Assembly: GCA_002633005.1 (NCBI GenBank)
Contig: NMRA01000535.1
Coordinates: forward strand, 1-40,316
Length of the DNA stretch: 40,316 nucleotides
Reading direction: 5' to 3'
Source: Phoronis australis
Taxonomy: Eukaryota; Animalia; Phoronida
This document shows, in pieces, positions 35,656 to 40,316 of the stretch. The notes below the pieces were generated by a model. It had not been told where the DNA came from, searched no databases, and worked only from the letters and a program-made list of their open reading frames with translations. Numbering within the stretch: position 1 is the stretch's first letter; each line of letters opens with the position of its first letter. Position numbers and translations under genes: made by a program.

Positions 35656-35802
35656 ACAAAACGTACTTCGGTTGGTGTACATGAAGTAATATCCCACTCG
35701 ACATTATTCCGCGTATCGAGCTCGACCTTCGATCTCGTTCCATACGCGTAATAATGTCGAGTGGGATATTACTTCATGTACGCCACTATCAGTACGTTTT
35801 GT
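35656..35802. repeat. Long hairpin palindrome (Crypton-like non-autonomous element core)
   Basis: ~60-bp arms with a 32-bp perfect core GTACATGAAGTAATATCCCACTCGACATTATT; loop CGAGCTCGACCTTCGATCTCGTTCC. Confidence 0.8.
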
Positions 35803-36232
35803 TTATATATTAATATAGCATAAACAGTGATAAGTGCAATGGGTCCACATGAAACCTGTATCAGACCGCCTGCAATTATTTTTTTACTCTTAACAATGCG
35901 TGCAGATGACATAACATTGCAAAAAACATTGGTTCAAAACGGTTTTAGGGGGTTATGCAGTAAAATGTTTTAATGTTGTTGGTAAATCACTCACACTTTA
36001 TTGAAGACATTTGAATAACAAACCATTTGCCTGACAAAAACAATATCAACTGCGTATTAATTTAATGGGTGGTGGTCTCGTGGACTCGTACTTTAATATA
36101 ATGTCTATACTTGCTAAAAATACGAGCAAAATTGCGAGCGTAAACCTTCTTTAGACCTCACATGACCTGCAAACCAATTTCTTATTGGATATAGGGATTT
36201 CGGTCGTAAAACACGAGAGAAGTCTAAGTTGT

Positions 36233-37143
36233 GATTACAGCCCACTATTCCAAAGGTTCACTATTTCGAAGGTTCACTATTCCAAAGGTTCACTATTTCG
36301 AAGGTTCATTCACTCTGAAAATATGAAAATATCTAAAATTTTGGACCCAGATGTAATTTTTATACATTTGCATGCAAAAATAAACTACACTTCGGTTATT
36401 AGATGCAATTAGTGTTGTAGCTATACCGCAAATAACGCCCGGGTAATAAAACACTTTATTTGGATTTCATGCGCATGCGAAATTGCCGACATGCCTTAAG
36501 AATACGCAACATGAATACGTACTTGTATTTCTTAAAGAGAATGAGTAGGAATATTGATAAATTATCAACCGCGATAAATTTATCAAATCCGTGTCAATGT
36601 CGCATCATTTCATAGCGTGACTGAAAGGTTTAGGACCACTGCGCCTCAACCTCACCCACCGGAACCACGCGCATGGCCTTACCGAAACTAAATGTAGTTA
36701 GTAGGCTACCTTGTTCCTGCCGTTCTTCACAAAGTTGGAGAGTCTCATTCAGTCTTATAGAATTAAAAACCACCGTTGGTCGCCGCAGCCCTGACTCGCG
36801 TCCTAAATGTTGTCCCTGCTTGAGAAGGAGGCGTTACTTAGATTCAAGAATAACGATTGGCAGCAATTGGAACTGAGCTCATGTGTAAACAATGTAATCA
36901 ATGTTTTAATAACTATTACGCTCTTGCACACCCTTAAAATGGTTACTAAATGGAAACAAATAAGAACTTTATTTATGTCAGTTCCGACTCATTATCCGAC
37001 CATCAGAGTAATGAACTGTCGGAATTCTGGTTTCGGAATTGTGAACGTTCGAAGTAAAGAACTTTCGAACGTAACCTTCGGAGTAGTGAACCTTCATAGT
37101 GAACCTTCGGAGTACTGAACCCTCGGAATAGTGTCATGTAACC
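36233..37143. mobile_element. Mutator/foldback-like MITE with subterminal tandem repeats
   Basis: (CACTATTCCAAAGGTT)n at 36243-36308 is inverted relative to (GAACCTTCGGAGTAGT)n at ~37010-37132; ends GATTACAGCCCACTATTCC / GGAATAGTGTCATGTAACC; no TSD seen. Confidence 0.65.
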
Positions 37144-37901
37144 ATGGAAACATTCTCAATGAAGTTTGTTGCTCGTATGAAATCTGCGAGGCTGTGCGCC
37201 ATTGACAGCAGTTGCAGTATGAGTAGCTGTAACAATTTGTTGCTGTTGTGAATCTATATCCTATCTTTAACGGGGAGGCTGGGACTGGACCTTTTCCGCG
37301 TGGAGCCCCCCCCCCCCCCCCCCNCCGGCTACGGGCCTGTATTGGGTCAAAAAGATATGCTAAACAAGTTGAAAGTAGTCTCTGGAACTGCCCGCTCACC
37401 ACATCACCACAGGCCAGTCCCCACCAGTCGCAATGGCTTCTTCTCTGTGCTTTCCATTGCATTATTTATGTCAACTTCCTCAAGGCAATATGTCACCTAG
37501 GCGGTAACAGACTCTACTGCTGCCAGTTTCGGAATATTATTCACAAAAAAATAATCGCATGGCCGCCTACGTTTGCAAAGTTACACACGTGTTTACTGAA
37601 AAATCAACACAATTTTGTGAAAAATCATGAAATCATGTCTAGCTTTTGATACCAAACAAGGACAAACCAATATAAATGACAATTTAAACACACAGAATCA
37701 GCCATTTTAAGTTGTTCGGTTCCTTCCCGGTGATAATTCCGATTATAAGTTAATTCTGAGTTGGGAAGAAGTGACAATTCGTTCCACCTTTCCGCCAGAT
37801 GAGCTCATATGATACTAATTAAAAATCTAAGAAGTATGTTCGCATTTACTGGCCTAAAATGCACACTTTAAAGGAAGGTCAGCTATAAGCCATTAGTGTA
37901 C

Positions 37902-38039
37902 CTTCACATGGCGGAGTTCCACACGTCTTTTCTATCAGATCAACGACCCGGGATCCCGTACCACATGGCACGTCGCACAAATCTTCAGCGCGATCATAAC
38001 TGGTGTTAGTGGAACGCTGATGGCGAGACCCGATGACGA
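37902..38039 (-). CDS. Internal exon of the TSP1 membrane protein (furin-like site plus truncated TSP1-like module)
   Basis: Acceptor TTCATTTTTTATCCAG, donor G|GTACAC, 138 bp, phase 1-1: VIGSRHQRSTNTSYDRAEDLCDVPCGTGSRVVDLIEKTCGTPPCE(G). Joins in frame to WGRWVLWSRC. Too short for the ORF track. Confidence 0.82.
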
Positions 38040-38895
38040 CTGGATAAAAAATGAATCAACGATTGTTCAGTAACATAGGTAAATACGTAAAAGTGACTGT
38101 CGCAAACTCTGCTGCCCATTTGCGTGCTGAGGTTCAATGATGCCCGGGCGATTTTTAATGGGATGCGCCTCTCTCTATACGTAAATGTATGGACCGTAGT
38201 ACTAAGACAAGTAAAAATATGATCGATAAAACAGAAACTTTATTCAATTTAATTACGAATGAGTCACAATGTCAAAAAACTTATTCATTGTGACTGGATC
38301 CCCCCGGATGTGGATGCCCGGGGACGTCACCCAGTGGGCCCCTCTTCCTGCACGCTACTGCTATGGCTCTCCAACTGGGGCTCGCAGTCAGGATCCTTTA
38401 CATTCCTCTAGTCCTCTGAGCCAGTAGAACAATCGGTCGATTACATAAATTCAATCAGAATGTTCCCATTCGAGTCACGATCGGTGCAGCAATCTTTTCA
38501 GATTTGTAATTATTAAGTCACGTGATGTGACCACATATGACCTTGTAAGTTGCGCTATGCACGCACAGAACCAAACTCTGCGACGATTATTCATATTTAC
38601 AAATATCTGACAACGTGGACATGGAGTCCTTCAATAAACAAGTCTGGTCTGAACTTTTTTTCCACCAGTGGTCCCGATAGCTCAGTGGAGAACACGACAT
38701 TTGTAGAATGTTCTACTGGTTTCAGAGTGTAGAATATCTCAACTATAAATCCGTTCTGGAGTGATAGGAAGGCTGCTCATGAAATGCAGTTACTGAGAAA
38801 GCAACTGAGCTCGAAGAAACAGGATCTCGGCAGTGAGAAGAGAGCCACAGTTCGCAAGAAATAAACTCTATTAAAGAGAAAAATAACGTTATAAG

Positions 38896-39163
38896 CATGC
38901 GCACACCCAGCCTAAAATCCAGGGGAGCTCGAGTTTTTTAGGATGTGGACCTTTTACAAAAACCAAAAACAAAAAACGCAGGACTAAAAGAAACGGGATA
39001 CGTTCAGGGCTATAATTGTCCATTTGCCGAATTTTTGCCTTTTTAGTGGACTTTTGTCTAATTTTCTCGAAATTTTTGTTTCTCTGAGGCGGACCTTTTT
39101 GTCCACTGTGCCAAATGGGGGATAACTCGTTCAAGCCCCCGAGCCCCCCTGGGTGGTCGCATG
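38896..39163 (+). mobile_element. hAT-like MITE with perfect 5-bp TSD
   Basis: CATGCGCACACCCAG...CTGGGTGGTCGCATG; ATAAG at 38891-38895 and 39164-39168. Confidence 0.85.
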
Positions 39164-39991
39164 ATAAGGAAATTGCCCGAGGGTGGCGGACCATGAGAGG
39201 TGAAGGTTGCATGATCTGTCCTGAGTCTACAGAGAGGTATACACTTCTACTATTCCAAGACATGAAAACCGTGAATTGAGCTGATTGACTGATTGGCAAA
39301 CTGATCTCAAACTTTTCCTTGCCGTGTTGGTAATTGGTTTCAACCCTCAGCATAGATTCGTTTGATGAAAAATACTACGCGGCTATCATGAACCGATGAT
39401 CAGTGGATGAGGGAGAAGTCCCCGGACAGCTTCGCAAGAACGGACGATCTCGCCTTCTGTCTTTGCTGTATTTGGATCAACATGGAATCGCCTGAAAGGC
39501 GACGATATTCACGATTCTTTGGTAGACGAAACGCTGGCTGGGTGGCAACAACGTCGTTGACTGCTTGCGTAAGGTTTGACTTACATGAAGCCGGCTAATG
39601 ACAACAGCGGTCATGCTTGCCCTATGCTGTCTTTATACTGCCACGTCGGGACAGTTATCAGTAGAACAGGGCCAGAACCCTTAGGTGCTCCTGGTGCAGA
39701 CTGGTCACTGAAATTCGGTTTAGGTAGTTTCGCTGAGAGATTACAGTTTGTCAGACACTCTGAATTCCGGCGAGCTCGTGTATTACGTTGGTTCGATAGT
39801 ATCTGGGCTGCCCGAGAGCAATTCTCAGCATCCAGTTCTAAATTCTCTGGATTTTTTCGATTGTTGTAGGGACACAGAGGTTGAAATGTCGATAGCATCA
39901 TATTTAAACAGGGGCCTGATAAACATTTAGTAGGTCAACAGTTGTTAGTTGCTCCTAGCGCCCCACGCGGTGCCCTTCAATCGATACTTAA

Positions 39992-40316
39992 AGGCCTACG
40001 GTCCGAGTTATAGAAGAAAAAAACTCTTAACGCCGTTTAAGCCGGTTTTTTGATGTGACATGGAGTTCAAAAAGTTATTAACTTTCAACTTGTGCAAAAA
40101 GTTTGAAAAAAATCGTTGTAAATACTACAAGCAAAGGAAATGTTTACAAAGAATTTAAGTATCCGTGACGCTAAACTGATTACAAACATTGCAACAACGC
40201 ATGCGCAGCCACAGATCTAGAGGTCAACAGAATTTATACAAATGGCGGGGAGAAGTAGGTCTATGAGGTGTACGTATGAAGGCGAAACGCAGTCGTCCTG
40301 CTCTACGAGATTCAGA
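39992..40316. mobile_element. Possible left end of a Kolobok-like (TTAA-AGG) element running off the window
   Basis: TTAA-AGGCCTACGGTCCGAG at 39988; the partner end is not in the window. Confidence 0.25.

Larger units (their letters stand above)
33910..36238. mobile_element. Element bounded by ~55-bp imperfect inverted repeats
   Basis: GTAATTACGACC...CTCGTATTTTACGACCGAAATC (33910-33952) vs GATTTCGGTCGTAAAACACGAG...GTGATTAC (36196-36238); the same CGTAATTTTAC motif recurs at ~34600-34650. Confidence 0.5.
33633..37339. mobile_element. Probable hAT-like element with 5-bp TSD, expanded by nested insertions
   Basis: CAGGCCCGTA(CTA)GCC ... GGCTACGGGCCTG; flanks GATTG / TATTG (4 of 5 match). Pairing of the two ends is inferred. 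Confidence 0.5.

Noticed and set aside
38889-39353. 154-aa ORF with a LamG-like stretch
   Set aside because: More than half is a MITE read-through; without it the frame stops immediately and lacks good splice sites.

Overview
AT-rich, repeat-dense eukaryotic genomic DNA. It is a metazoan invertebrate, and the repeat landscape suggests an echinoderm-like animal (inference only). It is not prokaryotic, so most ORF-track calls are spurious. Host genes are all on the minus strand. (1) Three phase-1-compatible exons (38039-37902, 30518-30336, 24775-24345) splice into a ~250-aa single-pass membrane protein with a furin-like RHQR site, a truncated plus a full thrombospondin type-1 (TSP1) repeat, a TM helix and an acidic/Ser-Thr tail; its signal-peptide exon was not found. 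(2) An internal RUN-domain exon (5922-5706), with a candidate ATG exon at 21452-21421. The rest is nested transposon debris: an internally deleted BEL/Pao LTR element with its 3' LTR, an ISL2EU/Harbinger-type element with a dead THAP domain, a HIRAN-domain TIR element, a piggyBac MITE, Helentron-like (HINE) elements, a tRNA-derived SINE, a self-nested MITE forming a ~1.2-kb quasi-palindrome, several mini/microsatellites, and up to seven hAT-like elements with 5-bp (not 8-bp) target-site duplications, one retaining a hAT transposase remnant. No CRISPR array, rRNA or convincing functional tRNA is present. I found no clear multi-gene novel system; the best candidates for novelty are the compact TSP1 receptor and the 5-bp-TSD hAT family. 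All domain calls are by-eye motif recognition, not database hits.
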